Shown: positions 37,422-48,700, numbered from the stretch's first letter. The stretch is DNA of 64,000 nt from Polyangiaceae bacterium (GCA_044376115.1 JBILLK010000031.1:1-64000), one strand, 5' to 3'. Made by a program: numbers and translations. The notes: generated by a model not told the origin, from the letters alone.

Positions 37422-38362
37422 CGACCAAATACCTCGGCGCGGAGCTCGCGCACGGCGAGCTCCACCGCCTCGTCGCTCGAGCGTAGGACTTCAAAGCCGA
37501 ACTCGCGGAGTTTAGCCGGGTTCAGCCGCGTTACCGGGACGTCTCCGGCCCAACCGCGTGCGCCTCCGCTCGGCCGAATTTGGGCGCTCGGGCGAGGGGA
37601 GGCGGCGACGCAAAGCTCGGCGATGCGCGCGACCGTGGTGGTGGTGGCGGGCGCCAAGTTGAAGGTCTCAAAGCCCGGCGGCTGCTTGGCTACGAGATGC
37701 TGAATGCCCCGTACGCAATCGGAGACATGGAGATACGGCTTCTCTTGTCGGCCGTCGCCCAGGACCTCCAGCGCATCTGGCGTCACCGTTAGCTTATTGA
37801 GGAAGTCCAGGATGACGCCGTGGGTCGCCCGGGCTCCAACGACGTTGCCAAAGCGAAGCACACAAACGTCCATCGCGAAGCAGGACGAGAAGGCCGAAAG
37901 GAAGCTCTCCGACGCGAGCTTGCTGGCGCCATAGAGCGATATGGGCAAGCTGCCGAGATCGGTCTCGCGCATCGGCTGCGGCTGATCACCGTAAACGGTA
38001 CCCGAGGACGCAAAGAACAAGCGCCGAACCGCGAGCAAGCGGGCGGCTTCGGCAACCGCCAGCGTGGTGTGTAAGCCGAGCTCGAGGTCGAGCCGCGTAT
38101 CGCTGAGGCCGCGACGAGCTTCGGGGTTGGCGGCCAGATGAATGACGACTTCGTGGCCGGCCATCGCGTCGCGGACCTGGTCCACGTTGCGGGCGTCGCC
38201 TTCCACCACGCGAACACGCCCGGTTGTGAGCGCGCCGCTCAAGAACTCCCGCCGACCTACCGAGAAGTCGTCGAACACCGTCACGTCGTGCTGCAGCGCG
38301 AGCGCGTCCACCAAGTGACTACCAATGAAGCCGGCTCCGCCTACCACGAAGATGGCGCTCAT
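37418..38362 (-). CDS. NAD-dependent nucleotide-sugar epimerase/dehydratase
   Basis: GGAGFIGSH, HLAA, YGASK, GDGRQEKPYLHVSD. Confidence 0.92.
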   Translation of the reverse strand: MSAIFVVGGAGFIGSHLVDALALQHDVTVFDDFSVGRREFLSGALTTGRVRVVEGDARNVDQVRDAMAGHEVVIHLAANPEARRGLSDTRLDLELGLHTTLAVAEAARLLAVRRLFFASSGTVYGDQPQPMRETDLGSLPISLYGASKLASESFLSAFSSCFAMDVCVLRFGNVVGARATHGVILDFLNKLTVTPDALEVLGDGRQEKPYLHVSDCVRGIQHLVAKQPPGFETFNLAPATTTTVARIAELCVAASPRPSAQIRPSGGARGWAGDVPVTRLNPAKLREFGFEVLRSSDEAVELAVRELRAEVFGR

Positions 38363-38970
38363 CGTGCACCCGTTGGCGCGCGGTCCAGGCGCGCGGCGAA
38401 CTGATGCTCGCTGCGGGTCAGAAGACGTAGCGCGGGCGAGTGCACGTCGAGCGGCCAAACCAGCTTGGCTGGCCGCGAGCTGACCTCGGCGAAGAGGCGG
38501 TCCCAGGCGGCAGGCGATAGGTAGTTACCGGTGACAGCGACGCCTAGCGGTAGGTTGCCGATCAGATCCATCGCGAGCAACGTTTGTTCGCTTCGGTTGG
38601 AGAAGCTCATGTGGTCTTTGAGCAACACCACGTCAGCCACACGCAGCGCCTCGCGTAGCAGCGGCTCGGGCTCTGGTGCATGGTGCAATACGTCCGACAG
38701 GAGACATAAATCGAAGGGGCCTGCGTCGACGTGTACGCCATCGAACAGCGTCACGGGGCCAGGGTTTATCGGGCTCTTCTGAACGTCGTAGGCTTGCAGC
38801 GTCGCTCCGAGTTGGCTCGCCAACCGCCGACCAACGCGACCGTCGCCGCAGCCGAGATCCAGCATCGTGCGGATGTTTCTGTCGGCTATCAGCGGGAGCA
38901 GGCCGCAAACGATGCGCTCCACGCGCTGATCGGAGACGGTCTTGTCGAGCAAGCGAGTCCACAGGCGCAC
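38359..38970 (-). CDS. Class I SAM-dependent methyltransferase
   Basis: MLDLGCGDG, SDVLHH, LREALRVA. Confidence 0.85.
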   Translation of the reverse strand: MRLWTRLLDKTVSDQRVERIVCGLLPLIADRNIRTMLDLGCGDGRVGRRLASQLGATLQAYDVQKSPINPGPVTLFDGVHVDAGPFDLCLLSDVLHHAPEPEPLLREALRVADVVLLKDHMSFSNRSEQTLLAMDLIGNLPLGVAVTGNYLSPAAWDRLFAEVSSRPAKLVWPLDVHSPALRLLTRSEHQFAARLDRAPTGAR

Positions 38971-38972
38971 GT

Positions 38973-41222
38973 TCAGTCCAAAAGCTCGAGCGCCTCGCTA
39001 CCGTGAAGCATCCCTGCCATGGCGTGCTGCACAAAGTCGATGCGCACGATGGGGGAGGCGACGTTCTCGCTGAAGCCGCCCGGGATGCGCAGCTTGCGCG
39101 TGCACATCGCGCAGTTGTCTTCGGTCCATTGGTGATGGAGCAGGTACTTCATCGTGCGGCGCAACGTGACGAGGTCCTCCTCGACCGAGAGCCCACGGGC
39201 GCGCTTGACCGCGACGGCAGCGGCGAGCCCCTCGGCGAACCCGGCTGCAGCCGCGTGGTGGGGCGGAAACACATGTCCGAAGGCGTAGGCTCCCACCTGG
39301 TCGGCGTCGATCCCGCTGTCTTCGGTCTCGATGAAACGGCTCTTCATCGTCATGTAGTCGATGCAGAAGCGCTCATACTTGTCATTGCGGTGGTGGGTCA
39401 GCGCAGTGCGCGCGGCCAAACAATGCCAGTTTTCCTCCAGGTAGAAGAAGTCGCGCAGCGGGATGTCCCAATAGGGCCCTGAATAGTAGGCCATGGCCTT
39501 GTCGATGGCCTTCGTTAGACCCTCCGGTCTCGGCAGCCCTTCACCTGCTGCGCCCTCGAGCAACACCAGCGCGTACACGGCTTGGCCCGCCGCGTAGAGC
39601 GGGTCCTTCCCGCTGATTGGCGTATCGTTGGCAGCGTCGAACAGCGGGACGAAGGCGCCGTCCTCGCGCTGCATCGCTAATAGGGTATTGGTCAGCCGGG
39701 TGATCGTCGCATCGAATTGGCCGCCCACCTGCTCGCGGCAGGTCAAATAGGCAATGGCCGGTAGCGCTGTGGACCCGAGCTGGCCCTTGTTGGCGTTCTT
39801 CGGCCACATGATCGCGCCGCGCTCGGCGTTGCCCTTGACCAGCGTCTCGAGGAAGGCCAGCGATTGCTTCGCTGTGTCCTTCGCCTTGGCGTGGTAGGCG
39901 GAAGCGTCGCACAGCGCCAGCGTCGTACCGGCCTGCCGCGGTACCGAGAAGTTGTCGAAGCTGACTGCGCCGGTAAACGGCTGCACGGTGTAACGAAAGC
40001 GACCGTCCTTCACCTGCGAGCTGACGACGAACGCCGCCGCGCCGCGTAGCGCAGCCTTCATCGTTGGGGCATCGAGCGTCGTGTTGTTCTTTCGCAGATG
40101 CCGCATCGCGCTCACCTGGCGATCGTGGGAGACAGCGAAGCTCGCCGTTTCAATCGCAATCAGCCCGGTATAGCCGCTGCCCTCGGACTTGAGGTGCTTG
40201 CGCAATGCTTCCGGTGTGGTGCCAAACTCCGCCTGCAAGGCGGCCACGTTGGTTGCCTCGGTGAAGGCGTCCAGTCCGAACAGCTGCCACGGAATCAGGC
40301 AGCGTGAGCCGTCGCATACGCCCTCAACGCCCGGCCTTACCAGCACCGCGCCGAGCAAGGGCCCGACCTCAGGAAGGGCGCGGCGCGAGCTCACAATATC
40401 GATGTAGGCCTCTCCCTCCGCTTGATAGTCCTCGAGCTCGCGTCTCGCTTGGGCCAGCGCCTGCTCCAGCGTGTCCGCTTGAAAACAGAGCATGCTTGCT
40501 TGGGCTGGCGTCTTCGGCTCCTCGCTCCGCTTCAAGTAGGTGAGCACGACCGTCGCGATGCCTGCGCGCGGCTCGCTGCGACATTCGATCGGTGCAGCGA
40601 GGAACATCGCCGGCGAACCGACGGTTCCGCGCTTTGCCGTGCGCGCCTCCGCAACCGCGAGTTGCACGGTCTCCTCGAGCTGGTCTCGCTCATCCGCGCC
40701 GAGCGTCCAGTCAGCCCGCGCTTGCGAAGCGTTGAGCGCGATCATGAAGCCGATGAACAGCAGCGCCAAGGTGATCGCCGCGCCCGTGCCCAAGGTCTTG
40801 CGCGCCTTGTGGTCGCCGAGCGTTCGCGGCCGAAAGCCCCCTGTAATCGCGAGCCCCCACACCGCCATCGGCAGTAGGAACAAGACCCCAACCAGAAATG
40901 CTGCGATCGCTGCGGCCAGGATCGGCAGGCCCACACCGTCGTAGACTTTGTTGACGTACAGGCCCGACGAGAGCGCGGCATATCCGAAGTAGCCGAGGAA
41001 AAGCAGCGACAATAGCGAGGTGATACGGAAGGCGATGGCTCGCGCGTGGGCCCCGATCAAGGCCAACGAAGCCGTGACTAGATGACCGCCCGCGCTCAGA
41101 CCAGCCAGCCCAGCGAACACGGTGAAGCTCGGCCAGGGCAACAGATAGGCCGCGCCGCCGAGCACAGCCGCATGCAAAAAGGAGAGGCCGGCGAGCGACC
41201 AGCGAGGGAATCCCTGCGTCAT
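38973..41222 (-). CDS. Multi-TM membrane protein with a large C-terminal (alpha/alpha)-toroid-like domain
   Basis: About 5 N-terminal TM helices; QVKDGRF, MQREDGAF, HQW, GGF...RIDFVQHA motifs. Confidence 0.75.
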   Translation of the reverse strand: MTQGFPRWSLAGLSFLHAAVLGGAAYLLPWPSFTVFAGLAGLSAGGHLVTASLALIGAHARAIAFRITSLLSLLFLGYFGYAALSSGLYVNKVYDGVGLPILAAAIAAFLVGVLFLLPMAVWGLAITGGFRPRTLGDHKARKTLGTGAAITLALLFIGFMIALNASQARADWTLGADERDQLEETVQLAVAEARTAKRGTVGSPAMFLAAPIECRSEPRAGIATVVLTYLKRSEEPKTPAQASMLCFQADTLEQALAQARRELEDYQAEGEAYIDIVSSRRALPEVGPLLGAVLVRPGVEGVCDGSRCLIPWQLFGLDAFTEATNVAALQAEFGTTPEALRKHLKSEGSGYTGLIAIETASFAVSHDRQVSAMRHLRKNNTTLDAPTMKAALRGAAAFVVSSQVKDGRFRYTVQPFTGAVSFDNFSVPRQAGTTLALCDASAYHAKAKDTAKQSLAFLETLVKGNAERGAIMWPKNANKGQLGSTALPAIAYLTCREQVGGQFDATITRLTNTLLAMQREDGAFVPLFDAANDTPISGKDPLYAAGQAVYALVLLEGAAGEGLPRPEGLTKAIDKAMAYYSGPYWDIPLRDFFYLEENWHCLAARTALTHHRNDKYERFCIDYMTMKSRFIETEDSGIDADQVGAYAFGHVFPPHHAAAAGFAEGLAAAVAVKRARGLSVEEDLVTLRRTMKYLLHHQWTEDNCAMCTRKLRIPGGFSENVASPIVRIDFVQHAMAGMLHGSEALELLD

Positions 41223-41376
41223 GGGCGAACCATACACGAATCCGACTCTCGGGTTGCAGGCTCGCCGGAGTCGGAGTCTTCTGCCGCCAATGGCCGTCGC
41301 TCGAGACCGCACCCGCAGCTATGCGGCCCGCGTAGTTCGCGCTGCGATTCGCCCGAGCGTCCGCCGCTATGCGGCC

Positions 41377-43152
41377 ATGAGCTGGATGCAGCTTGGGTCG
41401 CGGCTCCTCTTGTTGCTCGTCGTGTTGCTACCGAGCGTCGTTTGCACCGCCAGCCTGTGGGGGGACACGAGCACCTACGGCTTTCACGACTGGGACGTGA
41501 TGGCTTCCCATCGTTACCTCGCCAAGGTCTCGATCCTCGACCACGGTGAATTCCCCGGCTGGAATCCGTTCGCTTGTGGCGGCTTTCCCGCGTGGGGATA
41601 CGTCGAGGGCGGGACGACGGTGGTCTCTCCGCTACTTCCCCTCTACCTCCTCTGCGAGCTTCCGCTCGCGCTGCGCCTGGAGATCCTGCTGATGGGGTGG
41701 CTCGGCGCGTGGGGGAGCGAACGCGCCGCCTCACGTTGGACCAAGAGCCTCGCAGGGCGAGCTCTGGTCGTTGCGTTGTTCGCCATCAACGGTCGCTTCG
41801 GTTTGCAGGCAGCCGCTGGGCATACGTGGCATCTCGCCTACGCGCTACTACCGTGGGCGCTCTACTACTTTCAGCGCGCGCTCGCTGCTCCGCGCTGGTT
41901 CGCCGACGGCTTGAAGCTCGGGGTGGTGTTCGCTTGGTTGGTGTACGCCGGTGGCATCTATCCACTGCCCCATACGATCCTGGCGCTCACGGTGCTCGCG
42001 GCTGTGGAGGGGGGAATTTCGCGTTCCTTCAAGCCGCTTACGGTGCTCGCCGTCGGAGGGTTATGGGGTATAGGCCTAGCGGCGCCCAAGCTTTTACCGA
42101 TGCTTGCCACCTTTGCGCGGGCACCGCGCTTGATCGAATCGAATGAGCAGCTCTCGTTAACCCATCTTTGGATCGCTCTCACCTCGCAGGCGCAAGGGTT
42201 TTACCAACGGCCGGCGCCCGTGCGCCCCTACGGTTGGCATGAATGGGGCATCTACATTGGCACGAGCGGAGCTGTGTTGTTGCTCCTGGGAACTGCCCTG
42301 GTTTGGCGCAAAAAGGCCTGGGGCGTAAAGCTCGCGGCGCTGTTGTTCGTGCTCCTCGGCCTGGGCGCTTTTCACCCGCTCGCTCCGTGGCCCTGGATGC
42401 ACGAGCACCTTCCGGTGTTTCGCTCACAGCACGTGCCTTCACGCTTTCTCTATCCAGCGATCTTGCTTGCTGCGCTGGGCTTGGCCAGTGGTGTCGGACC
42501 GCTGCTGAGGCGGTTCGGTCGGCGCGTAGCGTGGGCCGATTTCGCCCTAGCGCTGGCAGCGCTAGGGCTTGCTTTCGATATTGCCGCCATCTCGGCGAAG
42601 CCGATGAGTGAAGCGTTCTGGATGGTGCCGCCGCCCGAGCTAGCGAGGTCGGCCGAGTTCTCCTTCGCCGAGCGAGCGCCGGTGCAGTATCTGAAGCGGG
42701 ATTGGGCCGAGCCTATGTATCTATCCATGTTGGCCAACACCGGGGTGATTCGCTGTTACGGTACTCCACCGTTCGAAGGCGTGGGCGCGCTGGCCAAGAC
42801 GCACCCGCGTTATCGCGGTGAGGTCGAGTTCGAACGGCCTGGCCAAGCACGAATTAGCCACTTCTCTCCGAATCGCATCGAGGTAGAAACCGACGCGGTA
42901 CCCCCTGGAACGCGCGTGCTGGTCAATATGAACAAGGCAGATGGTTGGGAGGCGAGCGCACAGACCGAGGCCGGTGAGCGCAAGCTGCAGCTGCTGGCTG
43001 GAGACAGGCTGGCTGCCTTTGCCCCCGAGGGCGCGCGTACGCTTACATTCCGCTATTCACCGCCCTACCTGGCGCACGGCTTGATGGTGGCGGCGTGCAG
43101 CCTCACATTCGCGGGCTACTTATCATTGCGGCGCCGTTGGGAGCGCCGGTGA
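41377..43152 (+). CDS. GT-C fold membrane glycosyltransferase (YfhO-like); start uncertain
   Basis: HDWD, FPGWNPF..GGFP, many TM helices, YIG, FRSQHVPSRF, C-terminal 'GWEA...LTFRYSP'. Confidence 0.75.
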   Translation: MSWMQLGSRLLLLLVVLLPSVVCTASLWGDTSTYGFHDWDVMASHRYLAKVSILDHGEFPGWNPFACGGFPAWGYVEGGTTVVSPLLPLYLLCELPLALRLEILLMGWLGAWGSERAASRWTKSLAGRALVVALFAINGRFGLQAAAGHTWHLAYALLPWALYYFQRALAAPRWFADGLKLGVVFAWLVYAGGIYPLPHTILALTVLAAVEGGISRSFKPLTVLAVGGLWGIGLAAPKLLPMLATFARAPRLIESNEQLSLTHLWIALTSQAQGFYQRPAPVRPYGWHEWGIYIGTSGAVLLLLGTALVWRKKAWGVKLAALLFVLLGLGAFHPLAPWPWMHEHLPVFRSQHVPSRFLYPAILLAALGLASGVGPLLRRFGRRVAWADFALALAALGLAFDIAAISAKPMSEAFWMVPPPELARSAEFSFAERAPVQYLKRDWAEPMYLSMLANTGVIRCYGTPPFEGVGALAKTHPRYRGEVEFERPGQARISHFSPNRIEVETDAVPPGTRVLVNMNKADGWEASAQTEAGERKLQLLAGDRLAAFAPEGARTLTFRYSPPYLAHGLMVAACSLTFAGYLSLRRRWERR

Positions 43153-44078
43153 GTTCGGTTCTTCGCTCGAAAGGCGCCTTACTCCTCGCGCTGGCACTGC
43201 CTGCAGTGGGCGCGGTCGAGTTCGCCTTGCAGCTCTTCTTCGAGCCGCGCGCGCCAGCTGCCGATGAGTACGGCGCGCTGCTGCCAGCGATCGAAGCGCT
43301 GCATCACGAAGGCGATCTCGTCGTGGTAAATCCGCCTTGGGCCGAGCCACACGTACGGCGGGCGCTAGGGGATCGGTACTTCCCGTTGAACGTCGTCGCG
43401 CGGGCCGATGAGCAACGCTTCGAGCGAGCGATCGAGGTCCGGCTGCCGTCGGCGGGGCGTTCCGCGCTTATCCAATACGTGGAGCGCAGCCGAAAGAGCG
43501 TGGGTGAGTTTGAGGTCGCTGTGCTCGAGAACCCGCAGGCACAAAGACCGCTCTTCGACTTCGTCGCCAACTTGGACGAAGCGCACGCAACCGTGTTCGG
43601 AACCGAGCCCTTGGCTGCCTGCCGCTACAACTACCGAGCCAAGGTGGTCACCGGCGGCCTGTTTGGCTTCCCAACGTTTCCCGCCCAGCGCTTCGAGTGT
43701 GAGCGCGGCGATCTGAACGTCTCGCGTACAGTGGCGGCCGACCAAGACTACCGCCCGCGGGTTTGCATCTACGCTCATCCTCCGGCGACCGGCTCGCGCA
43801 CGATTCGCTTTGCGAAGGTGCCGATCGGCCAGAGGCTGCGCGGGCACGCCATGTTGCATTGGATGCACGAGCGAGAGGCCACCGGCTCCGACGTGCATTT
43901 GGAAGTCCGCGTCGGCGGGGCTTCACTCGGCGAGGTCACTCACGTCGACGGTCAAGGCTGGCTGGGCTTCTCGTTTCCTACTGAGCAGCTCGCCGGAAGT
44001 GAGGCCGAGGTCGAGTTTGTGGTCAGCGGCGACGGCAATTCGCCGCGGCCCTTTTGTTTCGAGGCGATCAGCGAATGA
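43149..44078 (+). CDS. Hypothetical membrane-anchored periplasmic protein
   Basis: GTGA/ATGA overlaps with both neighbours, N-terminal TM. Confidence 0.75.
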   Translation: MSSVLRSKGALLLALALPAVGAVEFALQLFFEPRAPAADEYGALLPAIEALHHEGDLVVVNPPWAEPHVRRALGDRYFPLNVVARADEQRFERAIEVRLPSAGRSALIQYVERSRKSVGEFEVAVLENPQAQRPLFDFVANLDEAHATVFGTEPLAACRYNYRAKVVTGGLFGFPTFPAQRFECERGDLNVSRTVAADQDYRPRVCIYAHPPATGSRTIRFAKVPIGQRLRGHAMLHWMHEREATGSDVHLEVRVGGASLGEVTHVDGQGWLGFSFPTEQLAGSEAEVEFVVSGDGNSPRPFCFEAISE

Positions 44079-45772
44079 AGCAGCGCTCCGCTTGGCCCAT
44101 CGCGCTCGCGCTGTTCTTCGGCAGTTTGGCCTTGCTCTACCTCACAGCGGCAGAGCTCGGCTACGCCCGTGATGAGGGCTTCTACTTCGTCGCTGCCCGC
44201 CGTTATGAGAATTGGTTCGAGCTGGTCGCCACCAAACGAGCGGCCGCCTTCGACCGCGCGGCGGTGGACGGTGCTTGGGTGGCCAATCACGAACACCCAG
44301 GGCTGATGAAGTCGCTGTTCGCCCTCTCGCATCGCTTGCTCCACACGAAAATGGGGCTGATCGCTGAGCCGGGCACGAGCTTTCGCTTTCCGTCGATGGT
44401 GCTCTCGGCTGCGATGGTGGCGCTGGTGTTTAGATGGGTCGCGCGCCATTACGGCGCGCGCGCGGGGCTCGTCGCGGCGCTGTCGCTCCTGTTCATGCCG
44501 CGGGTCTTCTATCAAGCTCATCTGGCCTGTTTCGACGTGCCGATCACGTTCTGGTTTCTCGCGGTCTTTTTCGGCTACGCGCGCAGCTTGGAGCGGCCCG
44601 GGATCGCTTGGCCGGTTGCTACAGGGGCATTGTATGGCTGTGCGTTAGCGACAAAGCACAACGCCTGGTTCTTGCCGGTCGCGCTCGTGGTTCATGCGGC
44701 CTTGCTGTTGGTTTTGCGTTGGAGCTCGCGCGAGCGGCTGGCCCCGCTGGTGAAGCGCGCTGGGGCAGCCTTGGGCGCTATGGCGCTGCTTGGCCCGCTG
44801 GTCTTCCTCGCCAGCTGGCCATGGCTCTGGTTCGACACGAAGCGGCGCTTTCTCGAGTACGCCGACTTCCACCTAAATCACGTTTACTACAATATGGAGT
44901 TCCTCGGTCAGACGTACTTTCAGCCGCCGTTTCCGCGGCTGTACGCGCCGACCATGTTCGTCGCCACCGTCTCGCTGGTGACCATCCTTGCGGCGCTGCT
45001 CGCGGTTATTCTTGGACTGCGGACTTGGCTTGCGACGCTGAACCAACGGTTGCGTCGCGGGTGGTTGGGGGAGGGCGCGCCAAGCTTGGTGGACCGGCGA
45101 ACCTCGGAGGAACTCTTGCTCTGGCTCTTGGGCGTCGGCATCAGCTTTGGCCCGTGGGTATTCGATACGACGCCCATCTTCGGTGGGACGAAGCATTGGA
45201 TGCCTGCCTATCCCTTCGTGGCGATGTTGGCGGGGGCCGGCTTTCAGCGCGTCGCTAGGCTGTTCATGGTGGGCGCTCGGCGTCTGCGCTGGCCGGTCCG
45301 GCTGAGGTCGCTCAGCCAGGTCGTCCTGCTGGCCTGCTTCGTAGCGGCGCCAATGCGGCTGGCCTACGCAGGTCACCCTTGGGGCCTCTCGCTTTATACA
45401 CCTATCGTTGGCGGGGCGCAGGGCGCGGCTAGCTTGGGCCTCAACCGCACCTTCTGGGGCTATACCTCCCAGAGCGTGATGGACGACGTCGCGAAGGCGG
45501 CCCCCACGGGCGCGAAGATCTACCCGCATGACACCGCGCGGGCCTCCTGGGAGATGCTGCGCGAAGATGGGCGCGTGGGGCGTTCCTTTGAGGCGGTCTG
45601 GGCGCCTGAGTCAGCTGACTATTCGCTCTATCACCATGAGCAGCACATGGCTGTCCAGGAGTACCAAATGTGGGTCGCGTACGGCACGGTTCGCCCGTGG
45701 CTAGTCGACGGCCCCAACGGAGTTCCAGTGATATTCGTCTACCAAAATCCGCAGAGGCGCCTCGCGCGCTAA
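44075..45772 (+). CDS. GT-C glycosyltransferase, ArnT/PMT (GT83/GT39)-like
   Basis: 'GYARDEGFY', 'EHPGLMK', 'LATKHNA', multiple TM helices. Confidence 0.85.
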   Translation: MKQRSAWPIALALFFGSLALLYLTAAELGYARDEGFYFVAARRYENWFELVATKRAAAFDRAAVDGAWVANHEHPGLMKSLFALSHRLLHTKMGLIAEPGTSFRFPSMVLSAAMVALVFRWVARHYGARAGLVAALSLLFMPRVFYQAHLACFDVPITFWFLAVFFGYARSLERPGIAWPVATGALYGCALATKHNAWFLPVALVVHAALLLVLRWSSRERLAPLVKRAGAALGAMALLGPLVFLASWPWLWFDTKRRFLEYADFHLNHVYYNMEFLGQTYFQPPFPRLYAPTMFVATVSLVTILAALLAVILGLRTWLATLNQRLRRGWLGEGAPSLVDRRTSEELLLWLLGVGISFGPWVFDTTPIFGGTKHWMPAYPFVAMLAGAGFQRVARLFMVGARRLRWPVRLRSLSQVVLLACFVAAPMRLAYAGHPWGLSLYTPIVGGAQGAASLGLNRTFWGYTSQSVMDDVAKAAPTGAKIYPHDTARASWEMLREDGRVGRSFEAVWAPESADYSLYHHEQHMAVQEYQMWVAYGTVRPWLVDGPNGVPVIFVYQNPQRRLAR

Positions 45773-45774
45773 CC

Positions 45775-48700
45775 CTAGAGCGAGGGCGTCTCCTCGACGA
45801 TACCGAGGTCCACCGAGCCTCGGCTGGACTGGATGATAAACGGCTTCTCCTCGATCGTTATCTCGCCCAGCCCGTCGTGCCTAACGACCTGCACTTTGCC
45901 CATGCCAAAGCCCATCACTCCACGTGAGAAGTAGTCTGCCTTGAGCTCGTAAGGGAACCCGCGCGGCTTGCCGTAGATGATATACCCTTCCGGCCCATAG
46001 CCGGTCGTCACGTCGGCCACCAACTCTCCACCGCTCCTGAGCTTGGTGTTCCCGTAATACGCGTGCTCGGAGAAGCCGTCGGTCACGTGAAGATCGACGT
46101 CGTTGGCGTCGGTCTCCCAGGAGAGGATGAAGCGCATGCTCGGAATATCTTCGAGCTCGATATTGAACCGCTTCAGGTGAGCGCGAATGATGTGCTCCTG
46201 CTCGGGATCCCTGCGTAACCAGGCTGCTCCAAGCAAAGCGGCGTCTTTCTGCAGGAGTGAGAGCACGCCAGCATACCTTCCCGGCGGGAGCTGGAGGTGG
46301 AGCGCTTTATCGATGGTCTCGAAGGCGGCTCGCGGGTCTCCTTGTTTCAATTGTGCATAGGCAAGCATGCGATATGCCGAGGGATGATCCGGCCGATCGC
46401 GAACCGCTGACTCATAGGCTGAAACCGCGACAGCGAGCGCTGACTCACTGCCGATGCGTTCGATCCGTTGGCCCGCATATCGCTTTAGCTCAACCCGGTA
46501 CGACCACAGATCGAGCAATGAACCGTAGGCGCGCGCGGCCAACCGCGGGCGGCCCGTTGCTTCGGCTGCCTCACCGATAGCGACGAACGCGAGGAGCTCG
46601 CTTGGTGACTCGGCCGAGTATTGCAGCGCCTCGAGCAAGGCGTCATCCCCCTGCGCCAGTTTTGCCATCACCGTCTTGAAACGGCCCATGTACTGATTGG
46701 TGCTCACGTCTTCTGCGCTGCTCTCCGAGCTGGCGGGGTTTGGAGCGGGCGCTCGTGGAGCTGCGGGGGGAGGGGCGTCCGACCAAGCTTGCGGAACGAC
46801 GCTCCCGCTGGCGCTAACCCCAAAGTGAACGGGCATCAGCACGTTGACGCTACCGCCCTCGGGCGCGGGGAAGCTCAGCATTTTGAACGATGTGAGCACG
46901 CAAGCCTGCGTCTCCGCTGACGGCAGCGAGGAGGGCGCGAGCCGCGCGTTGGTTACCTCGCCTGTAGGGGAGATGGTGAACGCGACGTTGACCGAGCCTG
47001 CGAGCTGCGGCAACTTGGCGCGCGCAGCCTCGTAGCACATACGAAAGCGGCCAAAGTTGTAACGGACGATCCGCTGGATCACCTCCGGCGGGAGGCGCCC
47101 GTTGACCTGCAACGCGCCCGTCGATATCCGCGGTTGTGGGGAGGGCTTTGTCGCCGGCCCGAGCCGGCTCGACCCCGACCCAAGCGTACCAATGGAGCCT
47201 AGGCCGATGCCTTGGCCCCGCCCAGCTCCACCTTCTCCAATACCACTTAGTCCCAGGCCGCTGGCCCCGCTGCCCACACTGTCCCCACTGTCCCTTCCCC
47301 AGGCGTTACCGCGCGCCGAGACAGCATCTTCGTCTGGCTTGAAGCGTATGCCGCTGTCTGCAGGCGAGAAGAAGTCATCGTTCCCTGCTCGATTGGCTGC
47401 CCTAGGGAAGCCAGACCGGTTCTTTAGGTCGAGCCGTGCACCTTGCTCTGTGACGATCTGGCCGTCTTTGATGACGAGGATGTCCACCGTGGCTCTGCGG
47501 TCGATGCCGAAGCGTCCGTAGTCGAATTCGCTTTCGAGCACGACCATGGCCGTCTCGCGGCTCAAAACCCGATGCTTGGTGGACAAGCTGATGATGCGCC
47601 TGCGCGCCACTTGGTCGTCGGCTTTGGCAACAAGCTCGAGCTCGGCGATCTCTGCGACGGCGTGGGCGCGATCGAGCAGCTCGGGCGATGCAGCGCGGGT
47701 GATAGGAATCACGTGTTTGTCGCCGTCCACTACGAGTGCGATGTGGTCCGCTGCCGCTTTCGAGGTCAGCTTGGCAAAGACGACGATCTCATCGCCGGGG
47801 AGGGCACCCGCGATGGATTTGGGAGACTGCCAGTGGGCGCCGGGAACCATGAGCTCGAGGTTCTCCTGAGGCGCTTGCTGAAGCTTGTGCTGCAACACTT
47901 GTTCGTCTTCGGTGAGCTCAAGAACGATGCCTTTGCGTTCTCCGCTACTGACCAACGCCGTGAGCAGCGCGCTGTCGCGGATGCCGCCAATGGCCAGGGC
48001 GTCGATGCGCTCGACACCCGCTCGAGCGAGCTCCTCAGCTTGTTTTGCGAGTTCTTGCGCGTTGGTGATTCCGCTGGTTGCCACGCCATCCGACAAGAAG
48101 ATTATGCGTTTGGCCTTCACCGCCGGAGCAAGGTCGCGAGCGAAGGAGAGCGCCTTGCCGAAGTCGCTGGCTCCGAGCGCGAGTCGATCACGCAGGGCTG
48201 CCACGTTCTCGGCGTCAAAGTTCTCGGCGGGGCCCGAGAACACCACGCTCACCTCTTGATCGAAGCCGGCCACCGTCACCCGCGCGCCTTGCGGCAGCGC
48301 CCGGATCAACGCTGTGAGAGCGGAGAGCTCCTGCTCGAAGTCGAGGATGCGGCCAGCGCTCGTATCGACCAACAGCAGGAGCCCATCGAGTGGGTCCGCC
48401 TTGGCCGCGCGATCGGGGACGGTCGTACGAATGGCCACGAGGTCGTCATGAACGAGCGCTACCTCTCTCGGTTGTGCCGAGGTCGGGACCTCGAGGTCGG
48501 CTGTCGGCGTGAACTGCTTCTCACTCAGCGCGACCAGCTGCTTACCCGCCTGTTCCACCAAGACCTCGAGGTTACCGAGCTTGGGCAGCCCAGCCAGTCG
48601 CACTTTGAGCGGGGACCCGCCGAGCACCTCAGCGTAGGTGAGGACCAGGTGTTTGACGCCTCGTGCAGGGATGGGGAATACGCGCGCGGAGAACTGATTG

